Below, in pieces: positions 36,156-48,020 of a stretch of 64,000 bases of DNA (position 1 is its first letter; each line of letters starts with the position of its first letter). Below the pieces are notes generated by a model. The model did not search any database and was not told the DNA's origin. It was given only the letters and a program-made list of their open reading frames with translations. Source of the DNA: Zootoca vivipara (lineage: Eukaryota); the NCBI RefSeq assembly GCF_963506605.1, contig NC_083282.1, positions 45,198,001 to 45,262,000 of the forward strand, given 5' to 3'. The position numbers were made by a program, and so were the translations under genes.

Positions 36156-39100
36156 TTATTTCTGCTTGGAGAAGTACTCTTTACTCTTCTGAACATCAGG
36201 TTTGATAGTGTCTTTCCCAGGATGCCAGCCAGCAGGACACACTGAGGAGATAATAATATTACCTTTTAAGTGACTCCAGGAATACAGACCGAAAACAGCA
36301 TGCAAAGAACTAAGTTGTTATGTCCATCACTAGACTTCACACAAGATGACTTGGATCACTACAAGTTACGTCATCTATTTGACTAACTTCTGGAGCTAGC
36401 AGCAGTCACCACCCCACCTCTCCTACAGATGGGCTTCTTGATGCAATTGTGTACCTGGGTTGTACATGACAGCTGCCTCTTGGAAAAACCAAAGTGATTC
36501 ACAGTTTATGTATATAAAATACTAGCCAAATAAATGCCTGACAGCAACAGAAGACTGAAATAATGACAAGAGAAGGGGATTGGATGGAATATGGGTCAGA
36601 GTTGAGAGCAAAAGACTAGTATTATGTGTCATTGAAAAAGAGCCACTTTGAGGGAATGAATGAAATGGGAATGAGATTAGAGAGCCAATGAGAGGCATGT
36701 GTAGAAAAGGACAGACATTATGAAAATTAGAACAGTCTGTACACAGTCCTGAACGTTATGTTCCTTAAGTAAATACATGTTTCTGTTTTAACTGTTCTGG
36801 TCAGGGTAGATTCTAACTGGATTTTTTTTATCAATGAGATACTGTTTTAGAGAACTATAGTCCTAGATTTTCACATTTATGGTTCTTTACACATAGTAAC
36901 CCCTTTTGCAGGCAATAGGATACAGGAGTACATCATGAACTGTTAAGTGCATCCTTCTTTTTCACTGAGAAACTTACTGCAGTTCATGCTTGCCTAGCCT
37001 GAACTTGACAGTCTTACCTTCTCCATGTTTGTCTGTAAACTGAAAAGCCTGAACTAGCCGGAGTGTTTCATCAACTGAGCGACCAACAGGGAGATCATTT
37101 ATTGTGATCTGGCGCAAGATTCCCTTATCATCAATGATAAAGAGGCCCCTAAAGAGAGAAGACAGACACACACACGAATGTATTGTGGCAGAGTACAAAA
37201 CTACAAGGTAGCATTCAATACCAAGTTCTGTATCATTTTAGTTCTTCTGAAAACATCAAAACCAGTTCTCTTAAGATCTGGTACAACTTCCACCCTATAT
37301 ATGAATTAAAAGCAAAACTATATGGAGAATCATTTGCAATTCCAAGCACTAAAACCTATATAGAATTCATAAAGGAATGTGGTAAAACTTCCTACATATG
37401 GCCTCTTTACCTTTCACCCTTCAAGAGACTTCTAATTTGAATGTTCAAACTTTTGTTACAAGATACAGTGGTACCTCGGTTTACGAACACCTCGGTTTAC
37501 GAACTTTCGGTTTACGAACTATCCTAACCCGGAAGTTAGTAAACCGAGGTGCCGGAGGTCTACTGAGTGTCCGATGCCTTCGGGGAGGCCGGGCCTTCGC
37601 TCCGATGCCTCCTGGAGGCCCGCAGCGAAGGCCCGGCCTCCCCGAAGGCATCGGAGCGAAGGCCAAACCTCCCCAAAGGCATCGGAGCGTCGGATACCTT
37701 CGGGGAGGCTGGGCTTCGCTCCGATGCCTTTCACAGACACTGTCCTCCTCCCAGTGAAAAGGACATGCATAATTAAGGGCAGCCTTATTAACAGGGCTAG
37801 TAAAGTGTGCATGTTGACTCAAAACTTGAGTTACTTATTTTCTGTGGGCTTCTCCCTCCAATTAAGTTTTATCTTTTGGAACCTTTATCATGCAGTGCTC
37901 TATATACCACAAGTCACTAAGTCACAAGTCACTAAGAGGCTGCAATGGTAACTTTACCTGTAGGAAATGCCTTCATCTTCTTTTAGTACTCCATACTTTT
38001 TAGAAATTGCACGGTTTGTGTCAGACACCAAGGGAATGCGCATGCAGCCTAGTCCACCCTGTTTTTTGGGTGTGTTGATCCTGTTAACAAGAAGAGGAAA
38101 GGCATTTTATAAATCAGGTTAGTATTTCAATAATATCCTTGTCCTTCTGTACACTTACACATTCAACTGCAGCAGAATATCTAAAGCACAGGAGATTGCC
38201 TGTCTAGTTTCATGTGTTAGTTTCAAGTCCCAATCCTTGTTACTGGAGTGGTGTGGGAACAGCTTCCTAGTGGCCCGGTCCCACACTGTTCTTACAATAT
38301 CCAATAAAGGAAACCCACATGGTTCTTACCATTCTTACCATAATGGCCAGAGCAAGCAGCTTCATTGGGTCTAAGGTTACAGCTCAAGCTGCTTGAGTTC
38401 AGGGACTTAAGATGACTACACTTAAAAAGCTACAGGACCAGATCAGAACAGGATTGTGAAGGGTCGGGCACAAAACCCTGAACCAACCCCCTTTCTAGTA
38501 CAAATTGATTTGTGAGCAGGATGGTGTTTTCTCCCTCTTGCACAGGACATGAGGCTTGGGGGGGGGGAGAAATAGCTGACAATAGTCACTTGTTGGTAGC
38601 TGCTTCTTTCACCCATTTAACAGGCTTATAACTATTAATGTAGGAAACCCCCAGAGAATAAAAAGGCTGAGGTCCAAATATTCTTACCAGGCAAGATGGC
38701 AAAAGTGAGAGTCAACGGAAGCACCAATCACTTCGCAGTTTATTTTTCTAAACTCCTCAGACCTGTCACTGAATGCAATGATCTCAGTTGGGCAGACAAA
38801 GGTAAAGTCAAGTGGATAGAAGAAGAACACAACGTATTTCCCTGGTGAAGAAGTTAACAAGTTAATCTCTTACATGAAGATCTCCATCATAGCAAAGCTA
38901 GAAGCAATTCAAAAGTCAAAATTTCTGATTTCAAAGTACATTAATAGCTTTGTGGCATTCTACCCCAGAGGTGAGGAGCCTTTTTTTGGCATGGCAGGCC
39001 GGTTGTTTATATTCTGCCACCATAGCTAGCAAACTTTGCACACGATCACCTTACTTGTCAGTCATCTGATGTCATACTGGCACCAGTTGATTTGACAGGT

Positions 39101-39825
39101 GAGTTGGCCCGCTAAGGGGGGGGGGAATAGAGATAAATAGTTAGATAGGTAGATATAGATATATATCACAAAGCAGGATTGAACTCCCTGGGCATCTGCC
39201 ACACCCGAGGTCACATATGGGGCAGGTGGGTGTGGTTTAAGAAAATCATCCTAGTGAGCCTAGTTTGGACTGTAGGCTGAAGGTTCCCCACCCATGCTCT
39301 CTTCTCTCCTTGATCTCCAAATACTGTATACAAAAGAAGTGCTGCAATTAAAAGTCATAACTATTTTCTTCCAAGCTAGCAGAAGTGACACATGCAAGGA
39401 CAACATACATACTACGGTAGAACAGAATAGAGTACCTACATGCAGGTGTTAGTAACTTTCTGAGGACTTATTTGGAATACTTTGTTGTTGTTTAGTCGTT
39501 TAGTCGTGTCCGACTCTTCGTGACCCCATGGACCATAGCATTTGGAATACTATCCAATGCATTTTTGTGAATGCCAACAAAACTTCCACTTCAGAGCCAA
39601 AGAAGGTTATGTTGTTAGTCCAGACAGTAAGTTAGCGTTTTATACATGTCACATATTTATCAGTACCTCAGTAACCCCTTGCCAACAAATACAAATGCAA
39701 CATGCTTTATTGCACTTACCTTTGTACTGAGAGAGTGTGATTTCTTTGAATTGCCCATCTGGCATTACAGCCGTGGCCAGAAAGTCTGGGGCTGGCTTCC
39801 CAATGTGAGCCTCTCCTGCTGACAT
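36156..39825 (-). CDS. PRDX1: Peroxiredoxin-1, 199 aa
   Basis: Minus-strand exons 39825-39720, 38841-38688, 38080-37958, 37148-37018, 36241-36156 (106+154+123+131+86 = 600 nt). Peroxidatic FTFVCPTE (C52), GGLG, resolving VCPAGW (C173), C-terminus SKEYFSKQK; divergent from AKR1A1. Confidence 0.97.
37466..37732. mobile_element. Tigger/pogo-like DNA transposon fragment with internal repeats
   Basis: TA followed by CAGTGGTACCTCGGTTTACGAAC, repeated CGGTTTACGAAC subterminal motifs and direct/inverted CCGATGCCTTCGGGGAGGC units; only one end seen. Confidence 0.7.
39482..39539 (-). mobile_element. BovB/RTE LINE 3' stub
   Basis: Matches the end of 44508-44717; 12-bp TSD ATTTGGAATACT (39470-39481, 39540-39551). 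Confidence 0.85.
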
Positions 39826-40350
39826 TCTGACTGGAGCTGGAGAAAGTTTGAACTTGTTAGTTTCTGTGGCTTTTACGTTGACCCACCCCAGAAGAGGAAA
39901 CCGATTAGCAAAAGTTTAGCATACATTTAAAATACAATTTAGAATGTGCCAGACTGAACAGAACTACTGCAGGTTTGCCAAGATATACCAATAACCTTTA
40001 AATGCCAAGACAACTATTTCATTACCTCAGTATTTGGACCAAAGGGAAAAGAACCTTCACTATCTGTATACAGTATTCAATACTTTTTAAAAACACAATC
40101 GATGTAGCACACAAAGCAGATGTTAAATGTTCCACATGCTTTAATTTAAGCAGTATCTGCTGAGTTACAAACTCCATGGGTACAAGTAAGTAAACTCTAC
40201 TTTTACCCTTCAGTATCTACTCTGCAGCATTGGGGAACCCTCAGCTCAAGAGGTTATTTCAGGCAAGCAAGCTACGCCCATACTCTTTGATTTCAAACTA
40301 CACGGGCAAAGGAAAGCGGCCCCACCCACCAAAGTTGAACTGCAGAGTAT

Positions 40351-40468
40351 GAAGTGTGCATGCATACAAAAGCTCATACCAATGACAAACTTAGTTGGTC
40401 TCTAAGGTGCTACTGGAAGGAATTTTTTTATTTTGTTTCGACTACGTCAGACCAACACGGCTACCTAC
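40351..40468 (+). mobile_element. Penelope-like pLTR fragment with a truncated, mutated hammerhead
   Basis: GAAGTGTGCATGCATACAAAAGCTCATACC...AAACTTAGTTGGTCTCTAAGGTGCTACTG; flanking direct repeat CTGCAGAGTAT (40340-40350, 40469-40479). Confidence 0.8.
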
Positions 40469-40872
40469 CTGCAGAGTATAAAGTCTCAATAGGAGTCATA
40501 GGGCCCCTCTGCCAAAGGTTTGCATAAAATAATTATGAGCAAGGCCAAATGTCATCATGCATGCAGCCTGAAATTCATTTAAAAGTATGTACTTCAACTA
40601 AGTTTATATTGCCACATAATTTTAAATATATGAACCTTAACACAACCTAATTTTCTACTGTGGTTGCAGCCAAGCATCACATTGCATTAGCATAGTTTTT
40701 TAAGATCTCATGTGACTCAAGCGTACATACCAATCACCTTTAAATGCCAACATTAATTGTCGCAACAGAGCAGAAAAATATTAGATGTGTGCATCCTGCC
40801 ATCTTTAAGCAAACTGGAAAGATACTGAGGGAAGTGCTCAGCCAAGTGTAAATGTATCAATTGTGTTTTATT

Positions 40873-41047
40873 CACAGAATCACAGAACTGTAGAGTTGCA
40901 AGAGACCCCCAAGGGTCATCTTGTCCAACCCCCCCTGCAGTGCAGGAATCTCAACTAAAGCATCCATGACAGATGGGCACCCAACCTCCACTTAAAAACC
41001 TTCAAGGAAGAAGAGTCCACAACCTCCCAAGGAAGTCTGCTCCACCG
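40873..41047 (-). mobile_element. CR1 LINE 3' end
   Basis: CACAGAATCACAGAACTGTAGAGTTG...GGTCATCTTGTCCAACCCC...AAAAACCTTCAAGGAAGAAGAGTCCAC is the reverse complement of a CR1 tail. Confidence 0.75.
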
Positions 41048-41113
41048 TCGAAACAAAATAAAAAAATTCCTTCCAGCAGCACCTTAAAGACCAACTAAGT
41101 TTTTATATTGGTA
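41048..41113 (-). mobile_element. Penelope-like pLTR fragment abutting the CR1 piece
   Basis: TCGAAACAAAATAAAAAAATTCCTTCCAGCAGCACCTTAAAGACCAACTAAGTTTTTAT matches the other Penelope fragments. Confidence 0.75.
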
Positions 41114-43025
41114 AACGAGAGACACTTCAAGGGAAAATCTATACTAATAGGAACATGAAACTTAACAGCATTATGTAGAACAAGAGTGGCTATTCTCCAC
41201 TTCAGGGCCTAATCCAACCCTCCCACAAGCATTTTTCCCCTTCCCACCATCACCCATGGGGCAGCAGGGGCAAAATGAAAAAAAAAATAGATGTAGAACT
41301 GGGTTGGGGAGTGGAAAACTGTACCCTTTAGACTAAAATTATTTATAAAAGTATATTTATAAAACCACCTGCTAAAGTATCAAGGTGAGGTACAATACTG
41401 TAAGTATATAATAAAATGCAAAACCATTAAAATATAAAATTAAAAGTAATGTGAAATATGCATTCTAAGCATGTTTAATAAGGGTGGTTGCAACCAGTTC
41501 CCAAAGGAGCAATCTGATAGCCACATGAGGAGCAATAATTCTCCTTCAGGTGATCTGCCTGGATCAGCTGCATAGGGAGGGTTGTCTGACTCTGTGTGCA
41601 TGCATGTGTATGTGAAAGCGTGTACAGCCCCCAGATGTTTGAATGTGACCCTTGGGCCAAAACATTTAAAAAGGAATTTTAAACAACAATACATTTTAGT
41701 GGCTTTAGTAGTTCCCCACCAGTGTTAGAAACTCCTATTGTTCTAGGCGCATTTTGTGACAGGGAATTTCATTAGGGTAAGCAGTTTTTGAGCTCTGGGC
41801 GCAATACTGCACCTAAGACTTCAGAATAAAAATCCAGAGTGGAAGGAAAGGAGGACCTTTTTCTGCCTCTCCACTTCTAGCTACTCTCTGAAGACTGGAG
41901 AAGAGACCCTCTTAAGAATATTAGGGCAAGAACTAGACCGTATGAAAAATGAACATACTGTAATATTTTAGCTGCAGTTCATTCATTTTCAGCTTTGTAT
42001 TCTTGTTATAAAAAAGTGTGCCTAAACATTCTGTTGTTGCACCCATAACCTAGGTTTAAGGTGCCATTTAGCTCAGGCTTTCACATCTCAGTTTCTAACT
42101 CTGTTCCCCATACAACTTGGCTCTAGCATAAGAAAATAACAGCTGTGTTATGTTAAAAGTAAGCCTTGAGATTAACTGTGTAATGCACAAGAAGTATTCC
42201 AAGTATAAACTTATTACATCCCAAAACAGGCAACGGTTTAAAAATCAGAGTTCCAGATGATCATCTTAACCCCAATACTCAATGCCAAAAATAATAGCAA
42301 CACTACTCAAATCAATGCAGTTAACTAAACGGTTTAGTTTTCCATTACGCAATTGTATGGAAATGAAACCGATAAGAGGAAACTCGTTCATAACTACGGT
42401 AGCTAGCCTTCGCCCATTTCAACTCTCTTGCACACTGTTCATTCGCTAAACTCCATGGAGCTCAGTAGCACCTTTCATGTACCTGAGCCCAGGTACAACT
42501 TCGACCTTACTGTATAATTAATTTTTAAAATGCCATCTCTCGTGGAACACAAGACAACGGCCCCTAACCCACGGAGGCAGCAGCCTTCCAACTCCCAAAT
42601 TCCCTGTTTTGTGTCCAAGCATCCCAACTTCTCTCCCTACCAAGATAAATGCAGCTTCACGCCCAACTAAACCGACCATCAGCTCATTGAAACGACCAGC
42701 GGAAGGAGCCGGTGGCAAACCCAACAGCAGCATGCACGGCGAGAACCGCGACGTCCTTTGAAGTTCATTGACTTAATAAAGCAATTTCACTTAATAGCTC
42801 GGTCGCCGGTCGCACCGAGAGCTTTTTCCCACCCTGCAGGCTGCACTTGCCAACTTCCGAGCCTCTTTTACACCGGGATCATTTGTTGAGCCAGGAAACC
42901 GAGGCAAAGACCTTCGAGGCGCTGAAAAACGAACTGAAGCTCTATCAAGGCAGGAAACTGAACTCAGCTCAGCTCTCCCTCCACCTGTTGGGCTACCAAG
43001 CGCCGCGGAATAGAGCCCAGCTAAG

Positions 43026-43027
<2 letters not shown>

Positions 43028-43110
<83 letters not shown>
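43028..43110. repeat. Compound (CA)n(GA)n microsatellite
   Basis: About 24 AC units followed directly by about 17 GA units. Confidence 0.97.
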
Positions 43111-43113
<3 letters not shown>

Positions 43114-43480
43114 CCATCGGGAAACAGTCTACAATTTTTTCGACACACAAAACAGCAGATCTCAAATACTATTAATAAGCACATTCTATTACCGCAAACG
43201 AACAAATCATGTATTAACTGCAGGCCAGCCCTGCCCTCGCCCAGATACTCATTTTGGACGGCGGAGAGAGGTATGTTTTACCTAATGCGAAATTAACTGC
43301 TTCCTCAAATATCTTCTTGCTTGCCGCTCCCGGCTCGAAACAAAAAAAGATCCAGCCCTGCAGGCAGTGCCCCTTCTGTTTTATACCTTCTCAACTCTCG
43401 CGAGAGTACGAAGCCGAAGAACTTGTCGGTTGGCGCCTCCTTCGCGGCTCTTCTGCCAGCCGGCGTAGCTGCTGCGCCAG

Positions 43481-43496
43481 CATGACTTTGCATTTT
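43481..43496 (+). promoter_or_regulatory. Antioxidant response element (NRF2/sMAF), copy 1
   Basis: CATGACTTTGCATTTT fits RTGACnnnGCA with an AT-rich 3' flank. Confidence 0.7.
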
Positions 43497-43820
43497 GCGG
43501 CTTTTTGTTCGCTAGCATAACTTTGGTGGTGCTGGTTTTAGAGTCGGGTGTTGTTGTTTTTTCTGGTTGGTGGATGGGTGAGAATCAGGGCCAACCGTAC
43601 TGCACAGATCTTGATAGTTTTTTGGGGGAAAGGTGCCCCCGCCTCCCCTTCGACAGATCGCCGGGGGTGGGAGGAAGAAACAATGAACTCTGGCTGCAGA
43701 ATGATGGTTGCATTAGACTCGGGTTTTATGGGTGATGCAAACCATGCATGACTACAAAGGGGGAGCGAAGATGGTTGCAATCGTTTCACTGAAACCGTGT
43801 TGTGCAACCGATCTGAATTG

Positions 43821-43836
43821 AAAATGCAAAGTCATG
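43821..43836 (-). promoter_or_regulatory. Antioxidant response element, copy 2 (inverted)
   Basis: AAAATGCAAAGTCATG is the exact reverse complement of copy 1. Confidence 0.65.
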
Positions 43837-44507
43837 TGGAATAGACAGTTTGCTGTGTGAAAGGGAAGGACTTTGGGATTTGCCCAATTAACACCACAGC
43901 TGGGTCGCAACGATAGTGCTTGAGCGAAACTTGGGTCACATGAATAATTCTGTTTTCAGATAGATGTGACTCGTTGGCATTTAAACTATCGCATCCCACT
44001 ATTGTAAAAATGCGGAAACCTCATAGATTCTATTCATTCTGGGATCTTTCATTTCACAACTTTAGTTTTTGGTGTAGACATGTACATTGCTTCAGACTAG
44101 TTGGGTTCCTGCCATACAATTTACAGTACAACTTGCTGACATAGGAATATCCATAAGATATTTAAGGATCATACCAAAGGCCTGTCCAGTCTCATGTTTC
44201 CCACAATGCCCAATCAGGTGCCGCCTGGGAGGCCAAAAAAGCATGAGGTGAAAACATATCCCTCTGCCTTTGTTGCCACAGCAGAAGTATCAAGGTACTT
44301 CTGAACCTGTAAGTGATATATAATCAACATGACTAACAATAGCTGCCTACAGTCTCCCATCTTCCTCTATAATGAACTCAAAATTGCTGTCCCACATAAA
44401 GCAAAAGACAATGGCCCATAAATCCTGAATACAAGCAGCATTCGTACACAGAATTCTCCATTTTGTGTCTAAGCATCCCAGATGACACACTGTTAACAAT
44501 ATGAGTA

Positions 44508-44717
44508 GTTGTTGTTTAGTCGTTTAGTCGTGTCCGACTCTTCGTGACCCCATGGACCAGAGCACGCCAGGCACTCCTGTCTTCCACTGCCTCCCGCAGT
44601 TTGGTCAAACTCATGTTCGTAGCTTCGAGAACACTGTCCGACCATCTCATCCTCTGTTGTCCCCTTCTCCTTGTGCCCTCAATCTTTCCCAGCATCAGGG
44701 TATTTTCCAGGGAGTCT
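44508..44717 (-). mobile_element. BovB/RTE LINE 3' end
   Basis: Minus [50 protein letters not shown] is the BovB C-terminus, followed by a (CAA)n tail. Confidence 0.9.
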
Positions 44718-45061
44718 AGTACTAGCACCTAAATTTTTTTTACTAGAAAATGCACTGATTGTAAGTAGTATAAACTTCAATAAAATTGCTTTAAGTCAGT
44801 TTTCTGCTGGAATTACAATGCTGAATAGACAATAGTTCCGTTCAAACAGGTTTTATAAAATGGGAGTTGCCTGGATGTGGATTTGTCTATAATCCCAGAT
44901 TACTTTGGGCTGTTAGCGGTGAGAGAATGTTACTTTACGCTCAGAGACATGTACTATTATTAACCATTGATGTGCACATTATCCTGCAAGGCCAAATAAA
45001 GCCACATTTTCAGTCACTTAGCTGTAACTGCTAGCAAACAGAAACTCAGTATTTTGTTGTA

Positions 45062-45251
45062 GTTACAGGTAGGTAGCCGTGTTGGTCTGAGTCGAAACAA
45101 AAAAAAATAAAATTCCTTAAGTAGCACCTTAAAGACCAACTAAGTTTTTATTTTGGTATGAGCTTTCGTGTGCATGCACACGAAAGCTCATACCAAAATA
45201 AAAACTTAGTTGGTCTTTAAGGTGCTACTGAAGGAATTTTTTTATTTTGTT
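45062..45251. mobile_element. Head-to-head Penelope-like pLTR fragments forming a palindrome
   Basis: Perfect inverted repeat 45120-45229 centred on GTGTGCA|TGCACAC. Confidence 0.9.
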
Positions 45252-47071
45252 GATTCAGCCAAAAACAAAAACAGTGTTTGCAAGATACCAGTGCCATACC
45301 TCCTTGTAACCAGGGAGGTGGCATGTTACTGTATAATCTATTTTTCCTATTTTGAGGTTAATTATTTTATAATCTCTGCTATTCATTAGTTAGCCTTATT
45401 CACATGAGCCATACTTTTGGCAGTGGCTCATACATGCTGCTTCGAATGGCTTCTTCATCTGTTCTGTTCTCTTCAATTCAGGTATTTATTGTTGCTTTAT
45501 TTTCTCTCTGCTCAACTTTCTTCCTTATGCAACTTTTCTGTTCCTTTCCTCTGGGATATCTCTTTTTTACTTTGATTCCAAGAGACAGATAACACTGTGG
45601 AGAAGTAATCATGTAAGAAGCCAAATGGGGATTTGTTTCTGTACCTCTGAGATGTATGGATTTGGGCCAAATGACTACAGTAATCACGAAGGTTGACTGA
45701 GAGAGGAATAATGAATCATTTCAGAGGCAAATAACACCTGCCCCAAGTCCCAGTTGCCTTTAAATGCATGTCAGAGTTTCCATTTTTCAAACATTTATTG
45801 AAGCAATATTTCCATTTTAATGCTATGCTACTTCTCAGATATATGCTGCTATAACATTATTGTAAAAAAACAACAGTTTGAATTAGTACATATTATGGAA
45901 TAACGACACTCAGGACTGGCGATTATACAATCCAGGAGGAGGAAAAACAAGATGGGCAAACTAATTCAATAAATGTTTACTCAGAAGTAAGACACACAAA
46001 AAGTTCAATGCACACTTCCAAGTAGGTTTGAATTCATTGAACTCAATGAGGCTTACTTCCGGGTAACTAAGTTTAGTATTGAAACACTGTGCTAGATTAG
46101 AAGGATGATCCACTATGATTTTTTTCATGGATTATGTTGCAATAATAATTATCTGAAACTCAGTGTTTAATTCTTTTTAAAACATAATATTATACAGGAT
46201 AATATTCTTATCTTTTGGGTTTATGTTTAACTTTCTTTTATATGACTTTAATAGTGTACTTGAAATTCGCCACTATAAAATGCTATATGAGAGGGGGGAA
46301 GAAAGGATGGATTAATCAGTAACAGCAGAATTAATGTCTAAAGTCCAAGATACATGTACAAGTGTGCAAAATAGTAAGGAATGTGTCACATATTACCAAC
46401 TCCCTATTCAAAATGAAACAATGTATTTATGTATTTATTCACAAATGTAAATTATATAATATATCTATGTGTAAATTCATAATCTAAAGAGGTCTAGAAA
46501 CTATCCATTAAAGTATCAATTAGGGAGATCTAGAAAACAATCTGGAATTTTTTTGACTAAGTGAAAGAACTGGAGCTGGTACAAGATTTTTTTGCTGGCT
46601 GATGCAGAAAAACAAATCATATAGCACTACCATCACCCAATCCCTAAGGCTGGTCAAGTTATTTTGACACCAGAGGCAGAAAATATGACAAGTCCTTATC
46701 CCTTGGAGTAATACACTGGGCACCAGCTTGGCTGCAGGAGTTGCTGGAAGGAGTTGTACAAGATGCTATCCAACCATTTTAGGGACTCCAATCCAGATTT
46801 GGGTATGGATGTGTAAGGCAGCGGGTATGGGGATAAATATAGACTTGATTATCAATGGCTGAGTTTGTCAGAAGCAAGTAGCAGATTGAGACTGCAATCC
46901 TAACCCCATTTACCTGGTAGCAAGTCCACACTGAGTATAGTAGGGCTTACTTCTGAGTAGGCATGGTTAGTACTGCATTCTTGATCTCCAAACCACCTAA
47001 ATGAGGCCTGCTGTCTGTTGAAATTCCTTTATCCACACAACTCTTAGGTGCAGGAGTCCTATCCTCTTGCA

Positions 47072-47207
47072 CAGGCACCCCCAAACTTGGCCCTCCAGAT
47101 GTTTTGGAACTACAACTCCCATCATTCCTAGCTAACAGGACCAGTGGTCAGGGATGATGGGAATTGTAGTCCTGAAACATCTGGGGGGCAGAGTTTGGGG
47201 GAGCCTG
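47072..47207. mobile_element. hAT-type MITE
   Basis: Same family as 13616-13751; 8-bp TSD CTCTTGCA (47064-47071, 47208-47215). Confidence 0.9.
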
Positions 47208-47881
47208 CTCTTGCATCTGGCTACCTGTATATATAAGTGAATGATTTCTATTCACACCTGTAGAGAAAGGTAAAGCACTGCATTTGAAAACAATTGTGTA
47301 GGGGAGGCAAAACATGCCGCTCCAGAGACTAGACCCAGCCTCCATTGCCAAGGGATCTCATTCCTTACCACATTGTGCAATTATGACTAAAACAATGCTT
47401 ATTATTATGATAGGTGGAGGAGATAACAAAGAAATTTTTTATTTTACAAACACTTATTGAATTTTATTTATTTGTCATACTGGGGAGGAGGGATGTGTCA
47501 CTTCAGCCCATTCACACATTGAAATAATGCATGTAGGAGATGCAGGGTCAGCACTGTGTAGCTCAATTTGCTGTCAGCTATGCATTTTTGCATTCACTTG
47601 AAGAGCCCTTGGCATATACTGACAGACACAGCCTGGTGTGTCTGTTTGTGTGTGTAGGATCCCAGAAACCCCCGGGATCTCCCCTTGGGTGGAACAAGAG
47701 CTCTACCTGCACACATATGTATGTGAGGTGGTAGTGGGGCCTGTGACAGGACTATACACTTCAACCTCCACAAACTGCTTTACCATTAAAAAGAAAAACG
47801 TGAGTGGGTTCAAGTGAGTGGATTCAAGCATGACTGGAAGTAGAATATAAGGTGGGGTATGTGCAGATAAAGGGGTGTAAC

Positions 47882-48020
47882 CAATGCTTTCCCCCCTGGG
47901 GGTATGCATACCCCTAAACATTTTGTGAATCTAAGTTTGGCATCATTGAGGGGCAGTATTTCAGTATGAGTATGAAAATGAGAGTACCCCTAAACATTTT
48001 TTAAAGAAAAAAAAACACTG
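47882..48020. mobile_element. hAT-type MITE
   Basis: CAATGCTTT...AAAACACTG ends; 8-bp TSD GGTGTAAC (47874-47881, 48021-48028). Confidence 0.8.

Larger units (their letters stand above)
42540..43720 (-). promoter_or_regulatory. PRDX1 CpG island, promoter and probable non-coding exon 1
   Basis: Strong CpG enrichment; candidate minus-strand donor AAG|GTATAA at 43387/43386; the exon 2 acceptor (39838-39837) lies 11 nt before the ATG. Confidence 0.7.

Noticed and set aside
37398-37951. Cluster of 69-125 aa ORFs in a PRDX1 intron
   Set aside because: They derive from GC-rich internal repeats of a Tigger-like fragment.
42791-43296. ORFs of 124 and 149 aa with HT/ER or CV/LS repeats
   Set aside because: They are translations of the (CA)n(GA)n microsatellite within a CpG island.
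45120-45229. Active hammerhead or microRNA precursor in the palindrome
   Set aside because: The CUGANGA box is missing, and the perfect TE-derived arms give no miRNA-specific evidence.
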